From: an uncultured cyanobacterium
Lineage (GTDB): Bacteria > Cyanobacteriota > Cyanobacteriia > PCC-6307 > Cyanobiaceae
Reading direction: 5' to 3'
DNA: 35,454 bases
Assembly (NCBI GenBank): GCA_903862155.1
Contig: CAIOXF010000115.1
Location: 1-35,454, forward strand
The notes under the pieces: generated by a model
Databases searched by the model: none
What the model saw: the letters and a program-made list of their open reading frames with translations, nothing else
What the model was told of the DNA's origin: nothing
Shown: positions 10,081 to 18,325 of the stretch, piece after piece
Layout of the letters: each line of letters starts with the position of its first letter
How positions within the stretch are numbered: the stretch's first letter is position 1
Program-made: the position numbers and the translations under genes

Positions 10081-11137
10081 GCCACGCTCCCCGGATCAGG
10101 CCCTCGCCCACGGCGTGTGGGTGAAGTGGATTGGGGGTGCCAGCAACCAGGACCTGCCGGCCATCCAAGACCTTGCGGGTATTTATGCCCTCGCCGGGGT
10201 GCATTGCCTGGATGTGGCAGCTGATCCGGCGGTCGTGGCTGCCGCCAGGCGCGGCATCGCCTGGGCTGCCGATCACGGGGCTGAGCGCCCCTGGCTGATG
10301 GTGAGCCTCAGCGATGGCGCGGATCCCCACTTCCGCAAGGCCTGGTTCGATCCGGCCCATTGCCCCGCCGAGTGCCCCCGGCCCTGCGAGCGCGTCTGTC
10401 CGGCCCAGGCGATTGGCGTTCCGGCCACCGGCCAGGCTGGTGTGCTGACGGAACGCTGTTACGGATGTGGCCGCTGCCTGCCCTCCTGCCCTCTGGGTTT
10501 GATTGAGGAGCGCGATCACCAGCTCACCTCCGCGGCCGTGGCGCCGTTGCTGGCCGCTCTTCGCCCCGATGCGGTGGAGCTGCATACCCGGCTCGGACGC
10601 GGAGAGGCCTTTGCCCAGCGGGTCGAGCAGCTGCGGGCGTCTGGGGTGCCCCTGAAGCGTCTGGCGGTGAGTTGCGGACTGGAGCCGGCAGTCGGTGAGC
10701 GAGCTACGCCACTGCCGGTGAGCCCAAGCGAGCTTGCCGCGGAGCTGTGGCACCGCTTTGCCGTGCTGCGGGCGGCGGGTTACCGCCCCCTTTGGCAGCT
10801 CGACGGCCGGCCGATGAGCGGTGATGTGGGTGCGGGCACGGCCCATGCGGCCGTGAATCTGGCGATGGCGGTGGCCGCTCAATCGCCCCCTGGACCCCTG
10901 CAGCTGGCGGGCGGCACCAACGCCCATAGCCTGGCGGTGCTGGAGCGCCAGGGCTCGAAGGGAACCGTGGTGCGCGGGGTGGCTTTCGGGGGTGTGGCGC
11001 GCAGCCTGCTCCAGCCCCTGCTCCAGCAGGCCCAGGAACGGGGCCGCACCCTGCTCGCTGATGCCAGCCTCTGGCCCCAGGCCCTGGCGCTGGCTGAGGG
11101 GCTGGTACGGCCCTGGCTGGCGCTGGAACGCCGCTAG
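10070..11137 (+). CDS. ldpA: LdpA-like iron-sulfur protein (light-dependent period modulator family), two 4Fe-4S motifs
   Basis: [37 protein letters not shown] resembles the LdpA N-terminus. Cys motifs [14 protein letters not shown] and [12 protein letters not shown] are present. The start is ambiguous: TTG 10013 (track), TTG 10070 (11-nt overlap with ndhN, gives about 355 aa) or GTG 10115. Confidence 0.75.
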   Translation: MLAKPRSPDQALAHGVWVKWIGGASNQDLPAIQDLAGIYALAGVHCLDVAADPAVVAAARRGIAWAADHGAERPWLMVSLSDGADPHFRKAWFDPAHCPAECPRPCERVCPAQAIGVPATGQAGVLTERCYGCGRCLPSCPLGLIEERDHQLTSAAVAPLLAALRPDAVELHTRLGRGEAFAQRVEQLRASGVPLKRLAVSCGLEPAVGERATPLPVSPSELAAELWHRFAVLRAAGYRPLWQLDGRPMSGDVGAGTAHAAVNLAMAVAAQSPPGPLQLAGGTNAHSLAVLERQGSKGTVVRGVAFGGVARSLLQPLLQQAQERGRTLLADASLWPQALALAEGLVRPWLALERR

Positions 11138-11208
11138 AACGGTTCGAGCGCGACGCCCTCTCCATCACCACCCAGCGCATCACTGACGATCTCGACCGCC
11201 TGCTGGCC

Positions 11209-12834
11209 GTGCTGCCGCCAGCCGTGCAAGCGGCGCTCGAACCGGGCGACGCCCGCGACCAGCTGCTGGAAGTGGTGCTGGATCTGGGCCGGGTGCCGGA
11301 GGCCCGTTACCCCGGCCGGGTGAAAGAGCTTGGTGATCGGCCGATCGAGCGGGCCGATCTGGCGGCTGTGCTGGAGCAACTCGGGCCCTTCGGCGGCGAC
11401 AACCGCGCCGGCATTGAGCGCACCCTCCACCGCATCAGTGCCATCCGGAATCGCACCGGCGAGGTGGTGGGCCTCACCTGCCGGGTGGGCCGGGCGGTGT
11501 TCGGCACGGTGGTGATGGTGCGCGACCTGCTCGATTCCGGCAGCTCCTTGCTGCTGATGGGCCGCCCTGGTGTGGGTAAGACCACCGCCCTCCGGGAGAT
11601 CGCCCGAGTGTTGGCCGATGAGCTCGGCAAGCGGGTGGTCGTGATCGACACCAGCAATGAGATCGCCGGGGATGGTGACATTCCCCATCCGGCGATCGGC
11701 CGGGCCCGGCGCATGCAGGTGGCCCGGCCTGAACTGCAGCACCAGGTGATGATCGAGGCGGTGGAAAACCACATGCCGGAAGTCATCGTGATCGATGAAA
11801 TCGGCACCGAGTTGGAGGCCCAGGCGGCGCGCACCATCGCCGAGCGGGGTGTGATGCTCGTGGCCACGGCCCACGGCAATGAGCTCGCCAACCTGATCAA
11901 GAACCCCACCCTCAGCGATCTGGTGGGTGGGATTCAGTCGGTGACCCTGGGGGATGAGGAGGCCCGCCGCCGCCGCACCCAGAAGACGGTGCTGGAACGG
12001 GCCGCCGAGCCCACCTTCCCAATGGCGGTGGAGATGCACAGCCGCCATCGCTGGCTCGTGCATGCCGATGTGGCGCGCACGGTGGATCTGCTGCTGCGGG
12101 GTCAGGCGGCCCGGCCCCAAGTGCGGGAGCTGGCTGCTGATGGGCAGGTGCGGCTGGCGGAATCCCCAGCGCCCAAGGTGCCCGCACCTCCAGCGCCCAC
12201 GAGCCGGGTGGCGGCGGGCCCGCGCCTGGTTCAACGCCCCCTGCCTCCCCTGCAGGAACCCGAGGCGCTGATCGAGGAACTCGATGGGCCGCCGGAGCCG
12301 GCTGAGGAGGCCCCAGCCTCCGCCGCTTCCAATCAGCCGCTGCGCGTCTATGGCGCCGGTATCAGCCGTTCACTGCTGGATCAGGTGGCCCGGGCCCGGC
12401 GTCTGCCGGTGGAAACGGCCCCCAGCGTGGAGCTGGCCGATGTGGTGCTGAGCGTGCGTCAGCAGCTGGGCCGGGATCCCCATGTGCGTCGCCACGCTCA
12501 GGAGCTGGGGATTCCGATCCTGGTGATCAAGAGCGGCGCTCTGCCCCAGATCCAGCGGGGCCTGGAGCGTTTGCTGGAGCGGCGCCACAGCGCGGTTGCA
12601 GCGGCTCCGGGTGCTCCTGCAACCGCCCCCGATGCCGACGACCTCCATGCGGCTCTGGAGGAATGCCGGCTGGCGGTGGAGCAGGTGGTGCTCCCCCAGG
12701 GGCGGCCTGTGGAGCTGCTGCCCCGAAGTGAGCGCGTGCGCCGTCTGCAGGCCGAACTGGCTGCCCGTTACCGGCTGCGTTCGGCTGAGTTCGGCCGCGG
12801 CCGCGAGCAGCGCCTACGGGTGTTTCCCGCCTGA
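11209..12834 (+). CDS. ycf45: Ycf45-like AAA ATPase with C-terminal R3H nucleic-acid-binding domain (SpoIIIAA-like)
   Basis: It has [48 protein letters not shown], Walker [10 protein letters not shown] and Walker B VIVIDEIG. The listed start is the first canonical codon (GTG 11209). The N-terminal [10 protein letters not shown] segment lies upstream in frame, so the true start is probably 11164 or 11179 (ATC); see findings. Confidence 0.85.
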   Translation: MLPPAVQAALEPGDARDQLLEVVLDLGRVPEARYPGRVKELGDRPIERADLAAVLEQLGPFGGDNRAGIERTLHRISAIRNRTGEVVGLTCRVGRAVFGTVVMVRDLLDSGSSLLLMGRPGVGKTTALREIARVLADELGKRVVVIDTSNEIAGDGDIPHPAIGRARRMQVARPELQHQVMIEAVENHMPEVIVIDEIGTELEAQAARTIAERGVMLVATAHGNELANLIKNPTLSDLVGGIQSVTLGDEEARRRRTQKTVLERAAEPTFPMAVEMHSRHRWLVHADVARTVDLLLRGQAARPQVRELAADGQVRLAESPAPKVPAPPAPTSRVAAGPRLVQRPLPPLQEPEALIEELDGPPEPAEEAPASAASNQPLRVYGAGISRSLLDQVARARRLPVETAPSVELADVVLSVRQQLGRDPHVRRHAQELGIPILVIKSGALPQIQRGLERLLERRHSAVAAAPGAPATAPDADDLHAALEECRLAVEQVVLPQGRPVELLPRSERVRRLQAELAARYRLRSAEFGRGREQRLRVFPA

Positions 12835-12847
12835 GGGCGGGCCTGAG

Positions 12848-12878
12848 TTGACGAAGGTCCCGGCGCTGTGGGTAACTA
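12848..12878 (+). promoter_or_regulatory. Candidate sigma70-type promoter for tRNA-Gln
   Basis: TTGACG (12848-12853) and TAACTA (12873-12878) are separated by 19 nt, about 40 nt upstream of the tRNA. The spacing is long and the match weak. Confidence 0.25.
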
Positions 12879-12917
12879 GCTGAACGCCAGCGCTGCAGGT
12901 GCTGGGGTTTTCCCCAG

Positions 12918-12989
12918 TGGGCCGTCGCCAAGCGGTAAGGCAGCGGGTTTTGGTCCCGCCATTCCTAGGTTCGAATCCTAGCGGCCCAG
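12918..12989 (+). tRNA. tRNA-Gln (anticodon UUG)
   Basis: A hand-folded cloverleaf: acceptor TGGGCCG/CGGCCCA with U1-A72, anticodon stem GCGGG/CCCGC with loop TTTTGGT, T-loop GGTTCGAATCC, discriminator G. It is near-identical in layout to E. coli tRNA-Gln. CCA is not encoded. Confidence 0.93.
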
Positions 12990-12993
12990 TTTT

Positions 12994-13011
12994 ATCGGTT
13001 TTAAAACCGAT
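12994..13011 (+). terminator. AT-rich palindromic hairpin after tRNA-Gln
   Basis: ATCGGTTTTAAAACCGAT is a perfect 18-nt palindrome followed by TTG, in the most AT-rich spot of the window. Confidence 0.45.
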
Positions 13012-13034
13012 TTGCATTCAATAGCTTTCGCTGA

Positions 13035-13781
13035 ATGAGAGCGCCGCTGCTCGTTTTTGATTTCGACGGCGTGCTCGTCGACGGCATGCGCGAGTACTGG
13101 TGGTCGGCCCGCGAGGCGGTGTTGGAGCTGGCCCCTGGGCTGGAGCTGCCCGAGCGGGCGCCCGAGGGCTTTGCGTTGCTACGTCCCCTGATCCACAAGG
13201 GTTGGGAGATGGTGCTGATGGCCGCCGAGCTCTCCCGCGCTGATCTGGATCTCGACGCCCTGCTGGCCCACTACGGCGAGGCCTTGGATCCTGCGCTGGC
13301 GCGATGGGGTTGGGATTCCGCCCTGCTGCAGAACACTCTGGAGCGGGTGCGCCATGGGGCCATCAGCGCCGATCGCGCCTCTTGGCTGGCCCTGCACAGC
13401 TTTTATCCCGGGGTGCCCGAGCGGCTCACAGCCCTGGCTCAGGAGGGGGCGGCCTGGATCGTGCTCACCACCAAGGGCGGTGCCTTTGCGCAAGAGCTGC
13501 TGGCGGCGGCTGGGCTGGCGCCGGCCGCGGTGTTCGGCCATGAGCAGGGCAGCAAGCCAGAGGTGCTCGCCCGTCTGCGGGAGCCCGGCCGCACGCTCTG
13601 GTTCGTGGAAGACCGCCGCCCCACCCTCGAGCTGGTGCGGGCCACCCCCGGCCTGGAGGCCGTGCGCTGCTTCCTGGTGAGCTGGGGTTACCTGGGGCCC
13701 GGAGATCGCGACCGGTTGCCGGAGGGGATTGCGCTGCTGGAGCCGCAGGCCTTCGCCGCCCCCCTGGCGCAGTGGCCCTGA
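13035..13781 (+). CDS. HAD-superfamily hydrolase
   Basis: The N-terminal motif I LLVFDFDGVLVDG is present, with later TTKGG and FVEDR motifs typical of HAD phosphatases. Confidence 0.75.
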   Translation: MRAPLLVFDFDGVLVDGMREYWWSAREAVLELAPGLELPERAPEGFALLRPLIHKGWEMVLMAAELSRADLDLDALLAHYGEALDPALARWGWDSALLQNTLERVRHGAISADRASWLALHSFYPGVPERLTALAQEGAAWIVLTTKGGAFAQELLAAAGLAPAAVFGHEQGSKPEVLARLREPGRTLWFVEDRRPTLELVRATPGLEAVRCFLVSWGYLGPGDRDRLPEGIALLEPQAFAAPLAQWP

Positions 13782-13789
13782 GTTAGTAA

Positions 13790-13803
13790 AGTACGTGCGT
13801 ACT
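13790..13803. promoter_or_regulatory. Candidate LexA (SOS) operator upstream of recA
   Basis: The perfect palindrome AGTAC-GTGC-GTACT fits the cyanobacterial LexA box form AGTAC-N4-GTACT. It lies 153 nt upstream of the recA ATG in an AT-richer patch (TTAGTAAAGTAC). Confidence 0.6.
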
Positions 13804-13955
13804 ACACGCAATTGAGACGCCGGCCCCGTTCGGTGGCACTGGTTCTTCCGGAGCCGCAGGATGGCTGTTCAGGAATCCGGGATCGCCGCCCGTGGTGATC
13901 GTTCCAGTGGAGTCCTGCCTGTTGCGGCCCGTTCCTTCGCTGTTTATCGCTAGCC

Positions 13956-15116
13956 ATGCCTGCTGATTCCAAGGCCGCTGCCAACGGGGCTGCTGCGTCG
14001 AAAGAGAGTTCCCGCGAAGCGGCCGAGCGCGACAAGGCCCTTGGTCTGGTGCTCAACCAGATCGAGCGCAACTTCGGTAAGGGCTCGATCATGCGCCTGG
14101 GGGATGCCTCCCGCATGCGGGTGGAAACCATCAACACCGGCGCCCTCACCCTGGATCTGGCACTGGGGGGCGGCTATCCCAAGGGCCGGGTGGTGGAGGT
14201 GTATGGGCCGGAGAGTTCCGGTAAAACCACCCTCACCCTGCATGCCATCGCCGAGGTGCAGAAGCGCGGCGGCGTGGCCGCCTTCGTGGATGCGGAGCAC
14301 GCCCTGGATCCGGTGTATGCCGCCTCGGTGGGTGTCGACATCGAAAACCTGCTGGTGTCCCAGCCGGATACCGGTGAGATGGCCCTCGAAATCGTCGACC
14401 AGCTGGTGCGCTCCGCCGCCGTCGACATCGTGGTGGTCGACTCGGTGGCCGCCCTCACGCCTCGTGCCGAGATCGAGGGTGAGATGGGCGACCTGGCGGT
14501 GGGCAGCCAGGCCCGTCTGATGAGCCAGGCGATGCGCAAGATCACCGGCAACATCGGCAAATCTGGCTGCACGGTGATCTTCCTCAACCAGCTGCGCCAG
14601 AAGATCGGCGTTACCTACGGCAACCCGGAAACCACCACCGGTGGTAATGCGCTCAAGTTCTATGCGTCGGTGCGGCTTGACATCCGTCGCATCCAGACCC
14701 TCAAGCGCGGCACGGAGGAATACGGCATCCGCGCCAAGGTGAAGGTGGCCAAGAACAAGGTGGCGCCGCCGTTCCGCATCGCCGAGTTCGACATTCTGTT
14801 CGGCCGCGGCATCAGCACCCTGGGCTGTCTGTTGGATCTGGCCGAGGAAACCGGCGTGGTGACGCGTAAGGGTGCCTGGTACAGCTACGACGGCGACAAC
14901 ATCGGCCAGGGTCGTGACAACACGATCACCTGGCTGGAGCAGAACCCTGAGCCCTGCCAGGTGATCGAGCAGCTCACGCGCCAGAAGCTCACCGAAGGTG
15001 CCGAGGTCACGGCCAACGCCATGAAGCCTCTGGCCGCTGCGGCCAAGGCAGCAGCGGCGACTCCCGCTCCTGCCGCGGCGGAAGCGGCGCTGGAAAGCCT
15101 GCCGGTGGCCAGCTGA
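13956..15116 (+). CDS. recA: Recombinase RecA
   Basis: [23 protein letters not shown], Walker [20 protein letters not shown] and [38 protein letters not shown] are unmistakable RecA. Confidence 0.98.
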   Translation: MPADSKAAANGAAASKESSREAAERDKALGLVLNQIERNFGKGSIMRLGDASRMRVETINTGALTLDLALGGGYPKGRVVEVYGPESSGKTTLTLHAIAEVQKRGGVAAFVDAEHALDPVYAASVGVDIENLLVSQPDTGEMALEIVDQLVRSAAVDIVVVDSVAALTPRAEIEGEMGDLAVGSQARLMSQAMRKITGNIGKSGCTVIFLNQLRQKIGVTYGNPETTTGGNALKFYASVRLDIRRIQTLKRGTEEYGIRAKVKVAKNKVAPPFRIAEFDILFGRGISTLGCLLDLAEETGVVTRKGAWYSYDGDNIGQGRDNTITWLEQNPEPCQVIEQLTRQKLTEGAEVTANAMKPLAAAAKAAAATPAPAAAEAALESLPVAS

Positions 15117-15153
15117 GCCCCCTGCGGCTTGCCCCCCGGTCGTACACGCAAGA

Positions 15154-15178
15154 AGGGCGCCCCGCGGGGCGCCTTTTT
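15154..15178. terminator. Intrinsic terminator after recA (possibly bidirectional)
   Basis: The GC stem GGCGCCCC/GGGGCGCC (15156-15173) is followed by TTTTT on the plus strand. The minus-strand reading is followed by CTTCTT and lies 45 nt past the stop of the 15225..15578 gene. Confidence 0.75.
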
Positions 15179-15224
15179 GCTGGCTTGGATAGGTGGATTG
15201 AATGGAGCCGCCTGGGTGAGCTGT

Positions 15225-15578
15225 TCAGCTGGCGAGGGGGATCACGCCCTCCTTGGCCTTGGCGTTGCCGGGGGCCTGCTGAAGCACTTGGGCCACCCGC
15301 TGGAGCTCCTGGATGGCCTCGGCCCCCTCAAGCTTCACCAGTTCATGGCCGTCGCGGGATTCCACCCAGCTGATGCCGAAGTCGGACACCAGGAACCGCA
15401 CCATGTGGTTGCTGCCCAGGTTGGCTACGAAAGAGGCGCCATGGCCGTCGCGACCGTCGCCGCACATGTAGCAAGTGGCGGCAAAACCGCGATCCTGCAG
15501 GCTGCGGGCGAGGGCCTGGAGACTCATGACGAGGTCTTGCACCACGCTTCTGTACTGCTCAGCGAGACGTGGAAACAT
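15225..15578 (-). CDS. Conserved cyanobacterial hypothetical protein (117 aa)
   Basis: The ORF has protein-like composition (MFPRLAEQYRSVVQDLVMSLQALARSLQDRGFAATCYMCGDG...FLVSDFGISWVESRDGHELVKLEG). I recall similar small proteins near recA in picocyanobacteria, but I cannot verify a family name. Confidence 0.6.
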   Translation of the reverse strand: MFPRLAEQYRSVVQDLVMSLQALARSLQDRGFAATCYMCGDGRDGHGASFVANLGSNHMVRFLVSDFGISWVESRDGHELVKLEGAEAIQELQRVAQVLQQAPGNAKAKEGVIPLAS

Positions 15579-15652
15579 GGCCGAATCTCATGCGTCTCTC
15601 AATCATAAGGTTTTCTTCAGGATTGCGTGAGTAGCAATGCCTACGGCGGCGG

Positions 15653-15892
15653 TCAGCCGTCGGCCAGGGCCCACCAGCCGGCTGCGGGGCCGATGAAGCG
15701 CACCACCACCCAGAACAGCACCAGGGCCGCAATCCCCACCCAGGCGCCGCGGGTGGTGAGGCGCACGAACTGATCCGCCTGGTTGCGGGTGAGCGGCAGC
15801 CAGGGCGCAATCCGGGGTGACTCGTCGACGTTGTCGCGCTTCACGGTTTTCGGTGGCAGGCCCTGGATGGCCCGGCGCTTGGCTTCTCCCAT
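15653..15892 (-). CDS. Small membrane protein, DUF2839-like (79 aa)
   Basis: Only the last 79 codons of the 520-aa track ORF look real: MGEAKRRAIQGLPPK...SPRIAPWLPLTRNQADQFVRLTTRGAWVGIAALVLFWVVVRFIGPAAGWW, with ATG = complement of 15890-15892. The upstream part is a Pro/Ala/Gly/Arg off-frame artefact over the next gene. Confidence 0.7.
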   Translation of the reverse strand: MGEAKRRAIQGLPPKTVKRDNVDESPRIAPWLPLTRNQADQFVRLTTRGAWVGIAALVLFWVVVRFIGPAAGWWALADG

Positions 15893-15918
15893 GCACCCCG
15901 TGGAAAGGTGCGGCCAGC

Positions 15919-17376
15919 CTATGCAGTGTTCTCGGTTGTATCGCTGCCAGGTGGCAGCAGACGGCGGAGTTCCACCCAGGGCTCCAGTGCTTCCAGCACC
16001 TGCTGGCCCCAGCTCCGGCTGCGCAGCCGGCCATCGAGCACAGCCAGCCGGCCGGTGCCGTGGCGGCGCAACCCCGCCAGACCCCGTTGCAGCCGGCCCA
16101 TTCCATCGGGCAGGAGCCGCTCGCGGAACCAGTCGCGCCCCTGGCGCCGCAGGGTTTCCACCCGGGCCGCGGTGAGCGGATCTTCCAGGCTCGCAATCGG
16201 CAGTAGCGCTACCACCACCTGGCAGGGCAGGGGCAGCCGCTGTTGGTGGTCCAGCCACCAGTCCCAGCTGGCGCACACCACCCCGTTGCTCTCCGGAGCC
16301 GTGCTCTGGTGCACCACCCGGCTGCCAAACTCCGCCGCCAGAGCGGCCGCCAGCCCCAGCCGCAGGGGTTCGTCGTCGACTAACACCACGCTGAAGCCCC
16401 CCATCCCCAACACCAGGCGGCGGCTCTGCTCCAGCAGGTGTTCGCCGTAGTGCGGGCTGTTGGGCAGGGGCTGGCGCTGCGGCGCGAACAGGGGCAGCGG
16501 ATCGGCCAGGGGCGGATCCCCCAGGCTCACCTCCACTGCCGGCTTGAGGCCCAGGCTGGCGCCGCCCCCGGCCGGTTCGCCCACCAGCACCGCGCCGCGG
16601 TTGGCCAGCAGGCCGTGCAGCACCCGCAGTGGCTCGAGGGGTTGACGGTGCAGCCGCCACTGCAGCAGCCCCGGTTGCAGGCGGGCCCAGCTGGCCCAGC
16701 CGCTGCGGGCCTCCAGCCAGCGGGGCCAGGGATCGGGCAGACCGTTCAGCAGCGCCAGCAGCTGGCGCAGTGGTGCTTCCTCCTCGGCACTGATCGGCAC
16801 CAGCCGCTGGCCGCCGCCCGGATGCCGCAGCACCCGCCGGCTCAACCGTTCGTGCAGCTCCAACAGGCTGGCTTCGGCGCTGGGGTGGGCCCGCCGCAGC
16901 GCGTCCCAGTCGGCGGGGGTGATCACCACCTCCAGGGCCTGGCGCAGGTGGCCGTCGAGCAACTCCACCTCGGGAATCACCAGATGGCGATCCCCCAGCC
17001 GCTGCTGCTGCCAGAGCTGGATCAGCTCGCTGTGACTCAGCAGCCACAGCCGCACCGAGGCGGGAGGCTCCGGGCCCTCGCCGCAGGGCAGGCCCAGGCC
17101 GGCAGCCGCCAGCCTGGGCAGCTCCACCTGCAGCAGGCGCTGGCGCAGGGCATCGCTGGCCACCAGGGCCACGGGGGTGTCGCTGAGGGCCAGGGGCACC
17201 AGCAGTCCCACCCACCAGCTGGGGTCGCTGCCAGGGGCCAGGCGCACCAGCGTGTGGTCGGCGCGGCGCAGGCTGCGGGCCACCAGCCGGCTGAGGCTCA
17301 GGTGGTGGGGCCAGGCCTGGCGTCCCTCACTGCGCAGGAGATCCTTGAGCTGTTGGTGGGCGTGGGCTTCGAGCAT
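15919..17376 (-). CDS. DinG/Rad3-like helicase-family protein with degenerate ATPase motifs (485 aa)
   Basis: The C-terminal region VVVALLPIASLEDPLTAARVETLRRQGRDWFRERLLPDGMGRLQRGLAGLRRHGTGRLAVLDGRL follows the DinG Helicase_C_2 pattern. The start is taken at MLEAHAHQQ (ATG = complement of 17374-17376), divergent from tyrA. The track ORF extension to 18003 is antisense to tyrA. Confidence 0.65.
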   Translation of the reverse strand: MLEAHAHQQLKDLLRSEGRQAWPHHLSLSRLVARSLRRADHTLVRLAPGSDPSWWVGLLVPLALSDTPVALVASDALRQRLLQVELPRLAAAGLGLPCGEGPEPPASVRLWLLSHSELIQLWQQQRLGDRHLVIPEVELLDGHLRQALEVVITPADWDALRRAHPSAEASLLELHERLSRRVLRHPGGGQRLVPISAEEEAPLRQLLALLNGLPDPWPRWLEARSGWASWARLQPGLLQWRLHRQPLEPLRVLHGLLANRGAVLVGEPAGGGASLGLKPAVEVSLGDPPLADPLPLFAPQRQPLPNSPHYGEHLLEQSRRLVLGMGGFSVVLVDDEPLRLGLAAALAAEFGSRVVHQSTAPESNGVVCASWDWWLDHQQRLPLPCQVVVALLPIASLEDPLTAARVETLRRQGRDWFRERLLPDGMGRLQRGLAGLRRHGTGRLAVLDGRLRSRSWGQQVLEALEPWVELRRLLPPGSDTTENTA

Positions 17377-17436
17377 CAACCCACCTCCAACCGAGATTGG
17401 ATCGTAGGAAGCTGGCCCGAGCGCACCGCATCCGTG

Positions 17437-18324
17437 ATGACCATCCCGAGTGGTTCTGGGTTGCAGGGGCCCGTGGGGGTGGTGGGGCTGGGGCTGATCG
17501 GCGGTTCCCTCGGCCTCGATCTGCGGGCCCGGGGCGTGGAGGTGCGCGCGCTGGTGCATCGCCAGGCCACGGCAGAACGGGCTCGGGAGCGGGGCCTGGC
17601 CGATGTGGTGGAGAGCGATCCGGCCGTGCTGGCCGGCTGCCGTCTGGTGGTGCTGGCCCTGCCCCTGCATCGTCTGCTGGATCCTGCACCGGAGCTGTTG
17701 GCGGCCCTGCCCGCGGAGGCCGCGATCACCGATGTGGGCTCGGTGAAGGGGCCGGTGCTGGAGCGCTGGCAGCCGCTGCATCCGCGCTTTGTGGCCAGCC
17801 ATCCGATGGCGGGTACGGCCCAGGCCGGCGTGGAGGCGGGGGTGCGTGATCTCTTTGTGGATCGCCCCTGGGTGGCCACCCCCGATGCCGCCACCGAACC
17901 GGAGGCGCTGGCCCAGGTGCAGGCTCTGGCGGAGGCTTTGGGTTCGCGCTGGCTGAGTTGCGGTGCCGCTGAGCACGACCAGGCCGTGGCCCTGATCTCC
18001 CATCTACCGGTGCTGGTGAGCGGGGCGCTGCTGCTGGGGGCCGATCGCGGTGCTGTGGCAGGGGTCGCTGCCGGGGCTCAGGCCCTGCCGGAGTTGGTGC
18101 GGGCCCTGGCCTCCAGTGGCTTTGCCGACACCACCCGGGTGGGGGGCGGCAACCCGGAGCTGGGCACCCTGATGGCCCGCCACAACCAGGCCGCGGTGCT
18201 GGCGGCCCTGGCCCACTACCGCCAGGCCCTCGAAGCCTTGGAGCAGCAGGTGCGCAGCAACGCCTGGCCTGAGCTCCAGGCCGAGCTCGAGCGGTGCCAG
18301 CAGCTGCGGCCTGAGTTTCTCTGA
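17437..18324 (+). CDS. tyrA: Arogenate/prephenate dehydrogenase
   Basis: The last 295 codons of the 628-aa track ORF carry a Rossmann motif VGVVGLGLIGGSLGLDL, then DVGSVKG, FVASHPMAGT and AEHDQAVALISHLP. The upstream part of the ORF is antisense to the DinG-like gene. Confidence 0.88.
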   Translation: MTIPSGSGLQGPVGVVGLGLIGGSLGLDLRARGVEVRALVHRQATAERARERGLADVVESDPAVLAGCRLVVLALPLHRLLDPAPELLAALPAEAAITDVGSVKGPVLERWQPLHPRFVASHPMAGTAQAGVEAGVRDLFVDRPWVATPDAATEPEALAQVQALAEALGSRWLSCGAAEHDQAVALISHLPVLVSGALLLGADRGAVAGVAAGAQALPELVRALASSGFADTTRVGGGNPELGTLMARHNQAAVLAALAHYRQALEALEQQVRSNAWPELQAELERCQQLRPEFL

Positions 18325-18325
18325 A

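Noticed and set aside
11134-12234. 366-aa minus-strand ORF opposite the ycf45-like gene
   Set aside because: It is antisense to a gene with clear Walker A/B motifs and has a low-complexity His/Gly/Ala/Pro/Arg composition. It is a GC artefact.
12918-15116. tRNA-Gln as a possible genomic-island integration site (tRNA followed by an AT-rich patch)
   Set aside because: The downstream genes are core (HAD hydrolase, recA). There is no integrase, and I saw no direct repeat of the tRNA 3' end and no compositional shift beyond the short terminator/promoter patch. The same conclusion holds for tRNA-Arg at 26849.
15893-17215. Upstream 441 codons of the 520-aa minus-strand ORF (15653..17215), extremely Pro/Ala/Gly/Arg-rich
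   Set aside because: It is an off-frame read over the DinG-like gene. Only the last 79 codons (15653..15892), starting at MGEAKRR, look like a real DUF2839-like membrane protein. I considered an intrinsically disordered or collagen-like protein, but found no repeat periodicity.
16438-17436. N-terminal 333 codons of the 628-aa plus-strand ORF that ends as tyrA
   Set aside because: They are antisense to the DinG-like gene and Gln/Ala/Gly/Pro-rich. The TyrA Rossmann fold begins right after the ATG at 17437, giving a normal 295-aa enzyme.
17377-18003. N-terminal 209 codons of the 694-aa minus-strand ORF (15919..18003)
   Set aside because: They are antisense to tyrA with a non-protein-like composition. 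The helicase-like homology begins after the internal Met at 17376.
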